Under the pieces are notes generated by a model. That model ran no database searches, was not told where the DNA came from, and was given only the letters and a program-made list of their open reading frames with translations. The position numbers and the translations under genes are program-made. Shown here piece after piece: positions 12,933 to 25,375 of a stretch of 64,000 nt of DNA; the stretch's first letter is position 1; every line of letters begins with the position of its first letter. Source of the DNA: Moniliella sp. 'wahieum' (taxonomy: Eukaryota); the NCBI GenBank assembly GCA_003971905.1, contig RSEE01000071.1, positions 248,001 to 312,000 of the forward strand. Direction: 5' to 3'.

Positions 12933-13160
12933 TGTTGAGCCACCGGGTGGCTCGTGCTTTGGCCAATGTCCCTTCAGTTCCTCCTCATGCCTGGGAGTCC
13001 TGTTTTTTCTCTCTGTTTTCCTTGTTCAGCAGTATAGCCCCTGGTGGCGACTCGCTGCTTGATGTTCTCAGTCGGCGTTGCTGGTTGGCTTAGACCACCA
13101 CACCACATCAGTGCGATTGCATCACCCTCGAGGACCATGTGGACTCCAGGTCTTATCAAG
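12933..13160 (+). mobile_element. Dispersed repeat copy A (probable retroelement relic)
   Basis: Co-linear with 56498-56732. Shared blocks include GGTGGCTCGTGCTTTGGCCA, CGACTCGCTGCTTGATGTTC, CTCGAGGACCAT and GGACTCCAGGTCT. Confidence 0.65.
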
Positions 13161-13304
13161 CCCTAAATTGGAGGTAACGCGTAACGCGTAACGGGTATAC
13201 TTCTTGGCCGAGCCGCTTCATCGGCGCGGCATGTAACGCTAAAACACTGATGGCCCTGATGTAAATAAGTCAACAGAGTGACCAGACCGATTTGAGATGA
13301 GCGC

Positions 13305-13354
13305 AGGGCCAAGAAGGGCCAAGCAGGGCCAAGCAGGGCCAAGAAGGGCCAAGC
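13305..13354. repeat. 10-bp tandem repeat AGGGCCAAG(A/C) x5
   Basis: Seen directly. Confidence 0.9.
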
Positions 13355-15215
13355 TAGTCAAGCGCTCGTGACGCGTGAGTACCGTTGAGGGGTGGGGTTT
13401 GTTGAGCTCCGTAGTGAGCGCGACATGCTCATCGTTGAAGCTCATCAACGCTGCGGTGTAGGTGTGACATGTGAGGCTGAGGATGCGCCGTGTTCGGGCT
13501 GTGTTGCTGAGCATGCTTTGAGAATAATATAGTGTTGCAAGTCGGACAACTGCAAAAAACTAAAGTAGAACTTGGAGTTGCGGCTCTCTGATCTATTCCG
13601 TTGCGCTGTCGCGTGTCGCGAAGGAAGCACAGCAGGAGGTCGATCCAAGGCCCTGCGGTATCTTCTCATCGATCTCTTGCGACGGCCACACCGCTCTTCT
13701 CATCGTTCACAGCATGTCCGCTATATACGAGTATACGCACACATTATGCATTAGGATACATAGGGTATCAGCTTGTCGGCCGACGGAGAGAAGTTTGAGA
13801 TTGCAGGCGAGTATCAGTACATCAGTAACCGTCTTACATGTGTTTATTTACCACTGTAAGTGGCTGGTTCCGTCGCTGCCCCACTGGCAACACTGCAACA
13901 TGGTCGGGTCCGGCGCTACGAGAGCGAGGTGCAGTTCCGGTACTACAAACAGATATACCCAAGACAAGATGTGTTTGCTCCCCGCAAGATTGTCATTTCC
14001 CTGTTGTTCGTTGGATTCTCACAACTCCTCTCGATCTCAGCATTTAAATTTTTCCTCCACTGTTGACTACTTTGACTATACGTTGACTGCGTTGACTACG
14101 TTGAGACTTTATATAGCACCGAAGACCCAAATGTTTAGCAATGACTGAGCAGGGGATGAAGTGTTGGACGAAATTGATGAAGAGGCCCTAACGCGAACCC
14201 ATACGATGCATGGGTCATGATGTATGACAATATGAGATCTGAGAGCCGTGTGATGCGCAGATGGAGAGGCTGGACGCCCGTCGCGTCAGGCTGCGGTCTG
14301 AAGGCCTGAGGCTTGAAGCTTGAGAGCTTGAAGCTTGAAGCTTGAGGCTTGAGGCTAATAGTTCCAGCGTGCCATATGAAGCTCTCAAGTGGCTAGAGCA
14401 CGCGTTAAGCCAGCTAAGCCCGGTATGCCGAGTGGCCTAGGAGGCCTGAGGCCCTGAGGCCTGAACGGGAATGGCCGCCGCGACTAACGCATCATCATCG
14501 TACTAGTAACTGTATCTAGATCACACTGGCAAGATATGTCTGAAGTGTGTGGTTTCCGATTTCCACCCGGGTGTCTAGTGGTTTCACATTCGTATACGAC
14601 CCCCATCGCTTTCTGTCTCTCTCGATGCGATATGCCGATAACTGACAGGGCCCACGGGACTGCACAACAGGGGCTATCGATATCCAGCAGGGACGGTTAG
14701 TAACGTTGAACGGTGACCGGTGAACGTTGAACTCAAAATACACAAACAACTCTGCAGAAGAGCCACACGTTTGTTGTTGGGACCCGGGAGAAACAGCACC
14801 AACGTAAAAGGTGGGACTAACTGAGGTTTCAAAGTCAACTGCCCTTCGGCCGGAGAGGTACAACGCCCACTGCACACATGTCACAGCCATATATAGAAGC
14901 ACAGCCTCGTTGCGTTATATAATCTTCTTCATCAGCGGTTGATGAGGGTTAATACGTTGATACGTTGATATCAGTTGGCGTTTCCTTACCGCCATCAACG
15001 CCCAGCGCCATGGTCATTACTACACCCATCCACTCATGACATTCTCATGGTGCACTCTCGCTTTGTATATAATCCTCCTACTTCAGTCCAACCAACGACG
15101 TGTTACTCGCAACTGTGATTAGGGTGCATCGTAAGGAGTCCCTGTGGTCCACATCTGCTTTTGCCGCCCCTTCTTGCTGGTCATTTTGCCCCAAAAACGG
15201 GGCATTTGCGACACA

Positions 15216-17384
15216 ATGTCTGTTCACAGCAAGAAGAAAAGTCAACCGCGCATCCATCCTGCCTCCTTCATCCCCATCGCACTGCACAACCGAGACCTAG
15301 TCAAGTTTATCGCGCGTCCTCTGAGCGATGAGATCATTGGTGAGTATCCGTCCTCCCCTACGATAGAGAGGGTATGCACAGATGTTTTCCTAACTATTTC
15401 TTCTCCACCTGAACAGAGTATGTGGTTCTCCGCACCTCCTTGATCATTTCTCAAGACAGCCAATTGGTGGACCAGCTCGACTCGGTCAAGGTGAAAGAAC
15501 TGTTTGACGAAAAGGTCTCCAATCTGGATCAGCAGCGTCTTTCTCACTCCCAGGCGCCCGATGAGCAGAACAAGGATACCTCTCTTCCCCTATGCTCCGC
15601 TTCGCCCACTGAACCCGCCTCCTCCTCCACTAACACTCTCGTCGAGGATGTCATTGACCTACCTGACCTCGGCTCTTGGCTGCGCCAATTGACCAACCTC
15701 GGCAGCAGTGGCAACTGTAATGGTTGCACTGGTGTACATTGAACGTGCGCAACGCGCCTTGCCCCAAGGCGCCTCTCGTCTTCCAGTACCTATCACCGTG
15801 TCTTGCTAGCTGCCTTGGTGGTGGCCGCCAAGATGACCCATGACCGGGCGCTGAAGAATAGCGTGTGGGCGCAGTACTCTGACATCTTCGTTGCTCACGA
15901 TGTAAGTTTGATGGAGATCCAGTTCTTGCAGTTGCTCGAGTACCGGTTGACTGTGAATGAGGACCAATTGCTCCAAACGTGCCGCCCCATCATGGTGAGT
16001 AACCCAATGAGGGCACCCATCAGTCATCTGCTTCGTCAGTCCCTCGCCCTCGCCCCACGTTCTACTTTCCCGGCCAAAGGCTTCTCTGGGCGCACTGTAT
16101 CCGAGGCGTGCCTTCGCGACAAGGCAACCAGAGATGAGGTGGCGGCCAGGCGGCGCGGCGTGCTCTACCACCCGTTCACTTCTGCTCCGCCCAAGCAAAT
16201 GGTCGGAAAGGAAAATGGAGATGGGTCTCCGATCCTGGACCTTTCGACCCAAACAACCCCAACAGCAAGACATACGACGTCTACTTCACAACCGGGTTGT
16301 CCAGAAGGCCTAGGACACTGCCCTTCCTCCTCCTCCTGTCTCACTCTTTCCCCTCCCAAACTACCTTCAGCTGCACCTGCAACGTCCCCGGAACGGTCAT
16401 CGCTGTCGGACCCTCCTCGTCTGAACACCCCAAAGCACATTGACGCCTGCACTCCGGAGCAGTCATGGGAAGGAGACGAAAGCAGGGGGACGAATTGTTC
16501 TCTCCCCCCCGATGGGAAGAAAGATGAGGCTCCCCCTCCAACCTTGTGCTCTGTCGAATCCGACGACCAATCCGTTTCCCTCCCTTGCACACCCTGCTTG
16601 CCTATGGTCGGGCACCGGATCCAACTGGGCCCCAACCGCTCGCCTATCTCCCCCCCCATGCAGAGAGACGGTGTGACGCATAAAGTCGTGTTCTTTTCCT
16701 TGCCTGACAGTAAACCGCCCCCTGCCCTCCCCTCTCCACCGCAGACCAACACTCCAACGCCACCAAAACCACAACCAAAATCAACACGGGGTTAGACCGA
16801 ACCAAACCAAGATCCCCTTGCCACCCACCTCCTCGCCTTAAAACGTCCCACAGCATACCCCAATTCACTTTTTCCACCTTATCCTCCCCTCCAGGTCTCG
16901 GCTCCCTCGAACCCTCTTGCTCCTCCTACCCATCCTCCCGGCCCTACTCTCCCTCTCTCCAGCCCCCTCACAGGACCTTCCCCTTCCGATTCCTCTTCCG
17001 CTTCCCCTCCAACTTGCACACCAACGTGCACTACTCCATCTCGCATCCGTACTACCTCCACTGCAACTCGGGCTGCGGCCCCAACCGCCGTCAGTGCCAG
17101 TCAGACAGAGCGCACCTCTCATCCCCTCTCGCGCTCTCAGTCCAGCTGGGTCCTACGACCGGGCCAAAACCCAAACTCAAACCCAAAAGCTTTTCCGACC
17201 GCACCCGAACCCCGGTTCGCTACGCCAGCCACGGCTAGCGGACCGTGCCAACCAATGGAAGCATGCCCCTGGGATCGCACACCACGAGCCGCAGGACGGC
17301 CCTCCTGCCCGCGGGCTGCGGGCTAAAGCGTCCGCCTTGGGTCTTCGTACGGCCGCACGCCTGCGCTCCTTGGTGCACCATTAG
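15216..17384 (+). CDS. Pho85-type (Pcl1/2-like) cyclin with a long low-complexity C-terminus; intron 15340-15416; 3' end uncertain
   Basis: N-terminal HPASFIP...HN motif; cyclin box LPDLGSWLRQL...MVALVYIER...HRVLLAALVVAAKMTHD..LKN.VW...VSLMEIQFLQLLEYRL across frameshifts. Confidence 0.85.
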
Positions 17385-18799
17385 TTGCATTCGGATCTTC
17401 CGGACAGACACGCAGAGGATCCAGTATCTGCAGTATCAACTGACGAGCAGGAAGATACCAAGTACGGAGTAAGAAACGACTGTAGTGCGTAGTGGTGGCA
17501 TGGAATGTTGACACTACACACACCGGTTGATGGGATCGAGATTCTTCCTCGGTCCTTGTCCTTGTTGGTGTGGTATTCCTCTGTGGCCCTTTTTGCTGTG
17601 GTATTTCTCTCTGCCTCTGACATTTGCGGTGCACATCAGAGTTGAATGTTGGTGCACTCCCCCCCCCCTCTCCCCCGCTCTCGCGGTTCCGTTGCCCTCT
17701 CTGCTGTTTGGTTCTTTTACATACGTTACATGTCACATGTCATGCATCATGGGCGATATTATGGACACACGCCTTTTCCTCGTATTGCACATCCCCCCCC
17801 CCCCGCCCTCATCTTCGGAATGCAGAAGCGCATATTCGGTGACTGGATTGCATGCGGTCTCCAGGGCCAGGAGACTGCATGGGTTGGATGGTTGGATGGT
17901 TGGATGGTGCCGTCTTCGTAATTAGTCATGACAGGTATGACGAAATTCTGCGATATATATAGCCCCTAGCACCTATGCCGGAGGGATGGATAATGCCTCA
18001 AAGGACCCCCCAATGTCAGATCCCAGATCTCTGGTCTCATAGGATCTGACTATGAGATACACCTCCACTCCCCCTCTCTAAAGGTGTTGTGACGACGAGA
18101 TTCATGTGGTGATGCATGATGCGATGATCGATGACCCTTCGCTAATAGGGTTACCGCGGTTCTATATATAGGGCACACGGATATAGGATACTGCCCCCCA
18201 GCACGGTTCGAGCCACTTGAATCGGCCACTTGAGAGTGTAGCAGCGTAGCTTCGCTGGACATTGGCTCAACACACTTACTTGCCCATCCTGATCCAACGG
18301 AAAGAGAGTGGCGCACAGAGGATCCAATCTACAGATTTCCCTTCCTGTCACATGCCACAGGTGAGTGTTCAAGCTATAGAAAATGGACTCGGGTGCGTAT
18401 AATTTCGAACAGGACAAAGAGAGGGAGTCAAGTTTCGTTATATTTTCTCAACGGGAAGCAGCACTAGGAATAGGAAGGAAGTACATGCGACGACGAGCGC
18501 TGTCAGCGGCGCGGAGGGGGGGGGTGGGGGGGCAGGAAAAGGACAGGGGAAGAAAAGGGAGTCAGGGGGCGGGGGAGGGGAACGTCCATTGGAAGAACAG
18601 GGAAATGAAAAAGACGCAAGAGCGGGGAGAGTAGTAGTGGCCAAACAAGCAAACCCACAAGGGTAGGGAACCGACGCAAGGCCAAGGAAGAATGGCAAGC
18701 AAGTTGGTTTGCTAGCATATGGCCGGGTGATTGCAGGGGGGAGGGGGGGACCAAAACGGTCCCAGGTCCCAGGCCCCAGCTCGCTCACTCAGTACTCAC

Positions 18800-19435
18800 T
18801 CACGCCCAAGAGGGTTTGGGCACAATCTTGAACTTGCCACTGGCATTGCCCGAGTCACCAAACACGATGGCAATGTAATCGCTCCGGGTCTCAATGCCGT
18901 CAGGAAGCTTGACGATCGTGTGGCCACGACCAATGGGTACATTGGCATCGGTAGTGACCAAGTCCCACTCCTCGTGCAGCGATCCCGTGCCATCATCGTA
19001 CCCGAGCTTGATGGCCACGGGGCTGTCGAGGTTTGCACCCTCGGGGGCCGAAGAGACGTCCCTGCCCAGTGCACGTACCAGCATCGATTGGTTAGCATTG
19101 TGCGCGGAGATGAGATGGCGGTGCCGGAGTAAGGGGATGCGCAGTCGGGAGAGGTGGAGAAAGGGGGGGGAGAGGCGCAACAAAGAAAGGACATACCATT
19201 TGATCACAGTCGGCACACCAGCCACGAACGTCTCGCCCGTCGTGGGCTGGGTGATGGTGGGGTTCCAGACGATGCGTTCTTGCAGATCGGCGCGGGCGTC
19301 GAGCTGTTCAGCCCAGGCGCCACCCGAGAGCGCACCCAGCTCGCGCGCAACGTTGTCCTGCGCAGGCAGGGCCAGGGCCAAGACGGACGAGGCGGACGCG
19401 ACAGCGGCAAGCGGGAGCAAGGAGGCGAACTTCAT
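18800..19435 (-). CDS. Small secreted protein with a Kre9/Knh1-like N-terminal (Ser/Thr-rich GPI family) domain; intron 19062-19196
   Basis: Signal peptide MKFASLLPLAAVASASSVLALA; VWNPTITQP...KWD...IKLGY...FGDSGNASGKFKI. Confidence 0.75.
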   Translation of the reverse strand: MKFASLLPLAAVASASSVLALALPAQDNVARELGALSGGAWAEQLDARADLQERIVWNPTITQPTTGETFVAGVPTVIKWYVLSLLRLSPPFLHLSRLRIPLLRHRHLISAHNANQSMLVRALGRDVSSAPEGANLDSPVAIKLGYDDGTGSLHEEWDLVTTDANVPIGRGHTIVKLPDGIETRSDYIAIVFGDSGNASGKFKIVPKPSWA

Positions 19436-21611
19436 GGTGCAGGCAGGCGGAGGAGGGGATGATCGATGGGGGTGGGATCTGGAGGACCGATGGGCTGCGC
19501 AGAGGGGCAGGTTTATACAGGGGGTTGTACCCTGGCGTCTGTTGCTTGCAGCTGGGCGTGCCAGCCAACATGCAACAGCCATGCACCGTAGCAGGCAGAT
19601 GGCGGGCGGCGCAGTGCGGGGCCACGGGCGCGTTGCGCGGGGAGAGTGGCGCCGTGCAGCATGCGGCGGGCGGGGGGGGCGTGGTGGGACAGACAGAGCG
19701 GGTGCGAGCAGCCCGCCCAAAGAGGCAACTGGGCGCGTCGGCGGTGGCGCCGGCACGGGGGCAGTGGCAGCCAGCGCAGCGCCAGCCAGCGCGTGCTGCG
19801 GTCCAGCTGAGTCGGCGCACGGCACACTGCCCGCACGCCGTCGCGGCGCTCTCCCGATCGGGAGGGTGGGCGCGGGGTGGGGCGGGCAGCAGCGCGCAGC
19901 ACCCCAACAGAGCTCAGGTGGGGTGCAGCCAAGCAACAGCCAGCACTGGCTGCCCCACCTGCCCCTCCTCTGATCATTACATCCCATGCCACGATCCCAT
20001 CTGCATCATCTGAGATCTGATCATTACATCCCCGTCTATCGTCTGTCCCATTGACCATCCCATGGCCCAGCCTGCGACAGACGGCGGGGGCCAGGGCTTG
20101 GCACGGGGGCGGGCATGCGTCCGCACTCTTGCCAGCATGCCGCCGTGCCAATCAGCCACGGCCAGCCTGGATCATGATCGAGTAGATCGGCGAGTGCCTT
20201 CTCCGTCACATGGGCCAGGGTGCAGCCCAATGGGCGACGCAATCCAGCCAACCACAGGTGGTCAGTGCTACTGTTGATCTGGTAGGCATGCCGGAGGCAT
20301 ACCGGGTGTAACCGACTGATGCGAGTAACAATCCGTTTCCGGGCGCCGTGCACGGGCAGCACACAGGATAGGAGGTAGGGGCAGAGACCACCGAGAGTAT
20401 ATACAGAGGATGGCAGTAAGTGATTACTCTGGTGACTCTAGTGACTAGTGATTAATGACTGTCGAATGCGTGGGACGCTGCATGTGACGCGTGACGTGGG
20501 ACGAGCGGGTGTCTTCGTCGTCGGACGTCCGTCCTCGTTTCTCTCTTCTCCCCTGCCGAGGGAACCATGCACATCCTGTGCACGCAGCTTGAACGTTGAA
20601 CAGAACAGTGACTACTGGCCATCCTCAGTACAGTCCTCAGTCTGAGTAGGGAGTAGGTCGCACTGATGAGAGCATTTTGACCAGTGTACTCAGTAGCTTT
20701 TGAATTGCCACATGGGGGTAACATGTAGGAGCGTGAGTATAATATAAGACCGGGGTATAACCTTCGAAAACGTTTTGAACGCGCCTCTCCCACATGCACG
20801 ACAAGCTCACACCCATTTCCGTTTTTCCGTTTGTGTCTTGTTCTTGTTCCTTTTCCCCTTTTCTCTGTCCACCCACCCTGCGCCTCCTCGCAATCCGTTC
20901 GTCCACGCGCCCAAGCGGTGATCTTCGGACTTGTAGCTAACAAGGATATTGGCGGTATGCATTTTGGCAGTATGCATCTGGCAGTGCGTCTGTTCTCACA
21001 GATCTTATTACATCTCATCGATCACCTCCCACCGTTCATTAATCATTGTCAGCCATGTGCAACGTGCAAACGTAGTGCACTGCTCTGCCCAACACACCTT
21101 CAGAGCACCTCACATTGCGACAGTGACATGCGGCATACGACACGATGACACGCGGCTCTCCTGTGTGCATGAGAACTTCACAGCTGAGCCACCCGGCCCA
21201 ATGCAGCAGTGGCACGGCAGGATATGGAAACAGCTAAAACAAGAACGTAGTAACCCACTTGGCCTGGTCGACGTCCGGGGTGGTCCAGGCTCTGGGGTCC
21301 AAGGTCTCAGGCTCAGCACTTGCCGGGTTACCAGTTACCAGTTGCCAGTTAGCAGTTACCGATTCCACTGGGCTACCGGTTACCATCCTGTATACCTGTG
21401 ACATATGGCAAGACACTGGAGAGGCTCGGTGACGTCATTTCCCCTTGCCCCCCACCCGAACAACGAATACTTTCAACGTTCAACTTTGCTTCTGTCGCCA
21501 CTCGCAATCAAATTTCAACTACGCCGCCCTTGTCCCTTCTGAAATGTTGAATTACCTCAGCGCCAGCGCCGCCTTCCGGCCCAGCCGAGGCCGAGGCACG
21601 TCTGTTTGGAC

Positions 21612-22962
21612 ATGTCCACCCCTCCCACTCCATCCGCCATGAAGGAGGCCACACGCAAGATCGTCACCGAAGGTACGTGTGCGGATCCTCCTCTCCTTCC
21701 TGTCCTTCCTCCTGACCATCTTCATTCCCTTCCAGTCGCCGTCTTTGCCGTGTCCCAGGTCGCGTTCTACTACGCCTTCCGCTACATTCTCTCCTCCCTT
21801 GACCCCGGCCGCTCCCAGCGCGCCGAAAGCAAAAAGGCTGCCAACGCCAAGCTCCAGCGCCTCGGCCTTGCTTCGGGCGCCTCGGAGCTGCTCAACCTCA
21901 CCGAGCACGAAGAGCAAATCTCGTCGGAGCTTATTCTCCCGGACGATATCCGCGAGACGTTTGCCGACATTGGTGGTCTCGAACCCATCATCTCCTCGCT
22001 GCGCGAGAGCGTCATTGCACCGCTCTGCCTGCCTCAACTGTTCAACCCGGGTGGGGCTTCCGGTGAGGCGGCTGCCGGACCTGGCCTGCTCGGTGCGCCT
22101 AAGGGTGTTCTGCTCTATGGCCCACCGGGTACGGGCAAGACGATGCTGGCCAAAGCGCTTGCGAAAGAATCCGGAGCGACATTTATCAACATGCGTGTCT
22201 CGACGCTGACGAACAAGTGGTTTGGCGAGTCGAACAAGCTCGTAGCGGCCTTGTTTAGCCTTGCGCACAAGCTCCAGCCCAGCATCATCTTCATTGACGA
22301 GATCGACTCGTTCTGCGCGAACGCGGCTCGGGCGACCACGAGGTCACGTCGATGATGAAGGCCGAGTTCATGTCGCTCTGGGATGGGCTGATGTCGGGAT
22401 CGGACAGGATCATGGTACTGGGCGCGACCAATCGACCCAACGATATTGACAGTGCCATTTTACGACGAATGCCCAACGCTACGCGGTGACGCTGCCGGAT
22501 GCGACGCAGCGACGCAAGATCCTCAACCTGCTTCTTTCGCCTGAGAACCACGTGTCGCTGGACAGGCACTTCAACATGGATGCACTGGTGGATCATACCG
22601 AGGGAATGAGCGGGTCGGATTTGAAAGAGTTGTGCCGGAACGCGGCGATGGTGCCCGTGCGTGAGTTTATGCAATCGGCTGCTGGCAAGGAACACCTCGA
22701 GGCGACCGTGAAGGCCAACCGAGACCGACGCACAGCTCCCTCCGCCACGTCCAATCCAGGCTCCTCGAGCCGCATCTTGACGCGTGCGCTGCGCAACTCG
22801 GACTTTTACGTCTCCGACTCGGCGGCCACACCGCTGCACATGCAGATGAGGGTACGCACTGCTGTCTCGGCGCCACCAACAGAAGGTTGGACTGAGCGGG
22901 CTGGGCCAAGGCGGGATGGGCGGGTGATGTCGTGTGTTGGAGCGTTCCTCAGGGCATACTAG
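21612..22962 (+). CDS. MSP1: Msp1/ATAD1 AAA ATPase; intron 21673-21735; frameshifts near 22313 and 22478; 3' end uncertain
   Basis: N-terminal TM segment, F.DIGGL, Walker [20 protein letters not shown], Walker [44 protein letters not shown]. Confidence 0.93.
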
Positions 22963-23660
22963 AGGGGTGGTGATGAGTGTGTATCGGCTGGCGAGCCTAG
23001 TAGCTAGTAGGATGCTATCTACGTGACCTGGGTGCCAGAGCGCGATCGGATGCAGGACAACATGTTGCCGTCAACAATGGATGATGTGGACTGTGGGTTT
23101 CACGCCCCAGTTGTGTTGCCGCAAGGGATGACATGATGGCACGATGGCGAAGCAAGTGGGGCAGCGAGGCGTGCGTAGAAGCAGATGCGGGGAGAAGGAG
23201 AAGGAGAGAGGCCTCAAGCTTCCAGCTTCAAGAGCCGGTGAGCCGGTGGATGATTAGTGCGGGATGGATATTGGATGGGTGACGTTCGAGTGGAACGATA
23301 GTCGACGGTGCTCATTGAGTGGGCCAGAGCGCCTGGCCACGTAGTCACCACCACGGTAGGAGTCGCCGGCAAGCGGCCCAACCTCTGCTTCGGAACGGGC
23401 GACTGGGGGTTCCGTGGGCCCTCTCCGGGGGTCCTGGGAAGACGGCGCAGGGCGGGGCAGCACATCCGGCAGCAGCCGGCGGGAATATGGAATGTCATCG
23501 ACTATCGACGGCACACGACAGAATAGCCTCCGTTGGGGCAGCACGGCGCCACTTGCTTGCTGGTGGGGCCAAGACTGCGGTTGGAATGACTAGTGACTGC
23601 TTCATAATCCCACCCATCCAGACCAACACCACTCAGTGCCCACCCTCCGCCGTCTCTACC

Positions 23661-25246
23661 ATGCGTCTGCTGCTCCCCGCCCTCCGGCGCACGCTTGCGC
23701 CAGCCGCCGCCACCGCCGCCCGCGTGCGTCCCCTCCGCTCGCCCGCCTCGCAACCCGCCACATCGCCACCGCCACCGCCACCGCCACCCACGCCTCCTGC
23801 CGCCTCGCCTGCCGCCGCAGCCGCGGCCCCTCCCTCGCCAGTGTGCAGGCCAACGGCCAGACCGTCTCTGTCGCCTTCCCCACCGGCCCCGCCATCTTCC
23901 ACTCCATCTGGCTGCGCGACCACTGCCGCTGCCCCGTGCTTCCACGCGGTGACCAAGCAGCGCCTCGTGCCCTCCTACCGTATTCCGCTGGACATTGCCC
24001 CGAGCGCTGTGCGTGCCACCCGACCGCGCTCGAGGTGGACTGGCCTGCGGTGCCTGGCCACGACACGGCGGGTGCGCTGCACACCAGTGCCTACCCCTGG
24101 TCCTGGCTGCAAGCCAACCAGTATGCGCCTGTGCCGCCGGCCTTTGCTTGGTCGTGCGGGGCTGCCCAAGTTCCAAGCAGCTGTGGACGGCCAGCAATCG
24201 CTGCGAATCCGCCGACGGTGACTTGGGCCGAAGTTATGGGCCATGTTCCAGGCCAGACGGTTGCAGCTGGGAAGGAGAACGGGTGCAAGACGAGGAGTGG
24301 CGGAGCGCGGGGTGCTCAGTGGGTCGCAGATTGCCACGTACGGGTTTAGCTTATTTCTGGGGTGCCACCTACGCCCGAGGCGACAGAAGCGCTGAGTCGA
24401 CGGATTGCATTTGTTCGGCCTTCGCACTATGCACTAGGTCTATGGGACTTTACCTGAACCTGGCTCATGCGACACGGCGTACACGGATTTGCCCTGCCGG
24501 CCCACACACGACGTACTACCGACCCGTTGGGCTGCAAATGTTCCATCTGCTGTCGCATGAAGCCGCCAGAGGGCTCGACGCTGAGCCGGTCCGAGTTGGG
24601 CGGAACCAGTTTGCTAGTGGATGGGTTTGAGGTGGCGCGACAGCTGAAAGAACAAGATCCAGACGCTTACGAAGCGCTCCTCCATCCCGGTCGTCACCCA
24701 TTCCGCCGGAGACGATGGGACGCTAGTGCAGCCGCTGGGGAGCGAGACGGGCTACCCGATCTTGCAAGAACGGTTTTGGCGCCGCACCGGGCGAGGCAGG
24801 GGTGTGGCGCTCGTCAGGCGAACTGCAACTGGTGCGGTACAACAACGATGATCGCTCCGTACTGCGAGTGGTAAATGCGGAGGATGTGCCGCGGTTTTAC
24901 CGTGCGCTGGCAGCTTGGAACCAGTTGCTTACCAGTCCCACTAACGAGTACTGGCGCCAACTCGAGCCTGGCTTGGCATTGGTATTTGACAACCAACGTG
25001 TCCCTACATGCTCGCAGCTCGTTTGTAGGGAAACGCAGACTGTGTGGAACCTAGTACGTACCCTGCCCCGCGCCCTCCCGGGTTTCGGTCCCGTGTGGTG
25101 CACATGGACACATGGACCACGCACTAACTTTCTTTCCTCAGCACCAATGGCGACGACTTCCGTTCGCGCCTGAACGTCCTGCGTGCCAAGTATGCGAGCG
25201 GAGCTCGCCGCGAGCTGGACGCGGGGCCTGGGACGATGGGTTGTAA
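23661..25246 (+). CDS. Trimethyllysine dioxygenase (carnitine biosynthesis, TauD/GBBH family); many frameshifts; intron 25054-25141
   Basis: Arg/Ala-rich mitochondrial presequence, WLRDHCRCP, LQMFHLLSH, GGTSLLVDGF, VRYNNDDRS, FDNQRV, DDFRSRL. Confidence 0.85.
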
Positions 25247-25375
25247 GCGCTAAGCTATGAAGCGGTGACTGGCCAGGGGGGGGGTAGCGCCCAAGCAAAG
25301 AACAAATTTATGACACAACAGAAAGGCCAGAGAAAAATGAAAATGCAATGGATTCTGCTAGGGCTAGGACTAGGA

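Noticed and set aside
12400..14470. CRISPR-like or telomeric array in the repeat-rich intergenic region
   Set aside because: There is no constant repeat with unique spacers and no tandem TTAGGG tract; the DNA is eukaryotic and contains only short stutter repeats.
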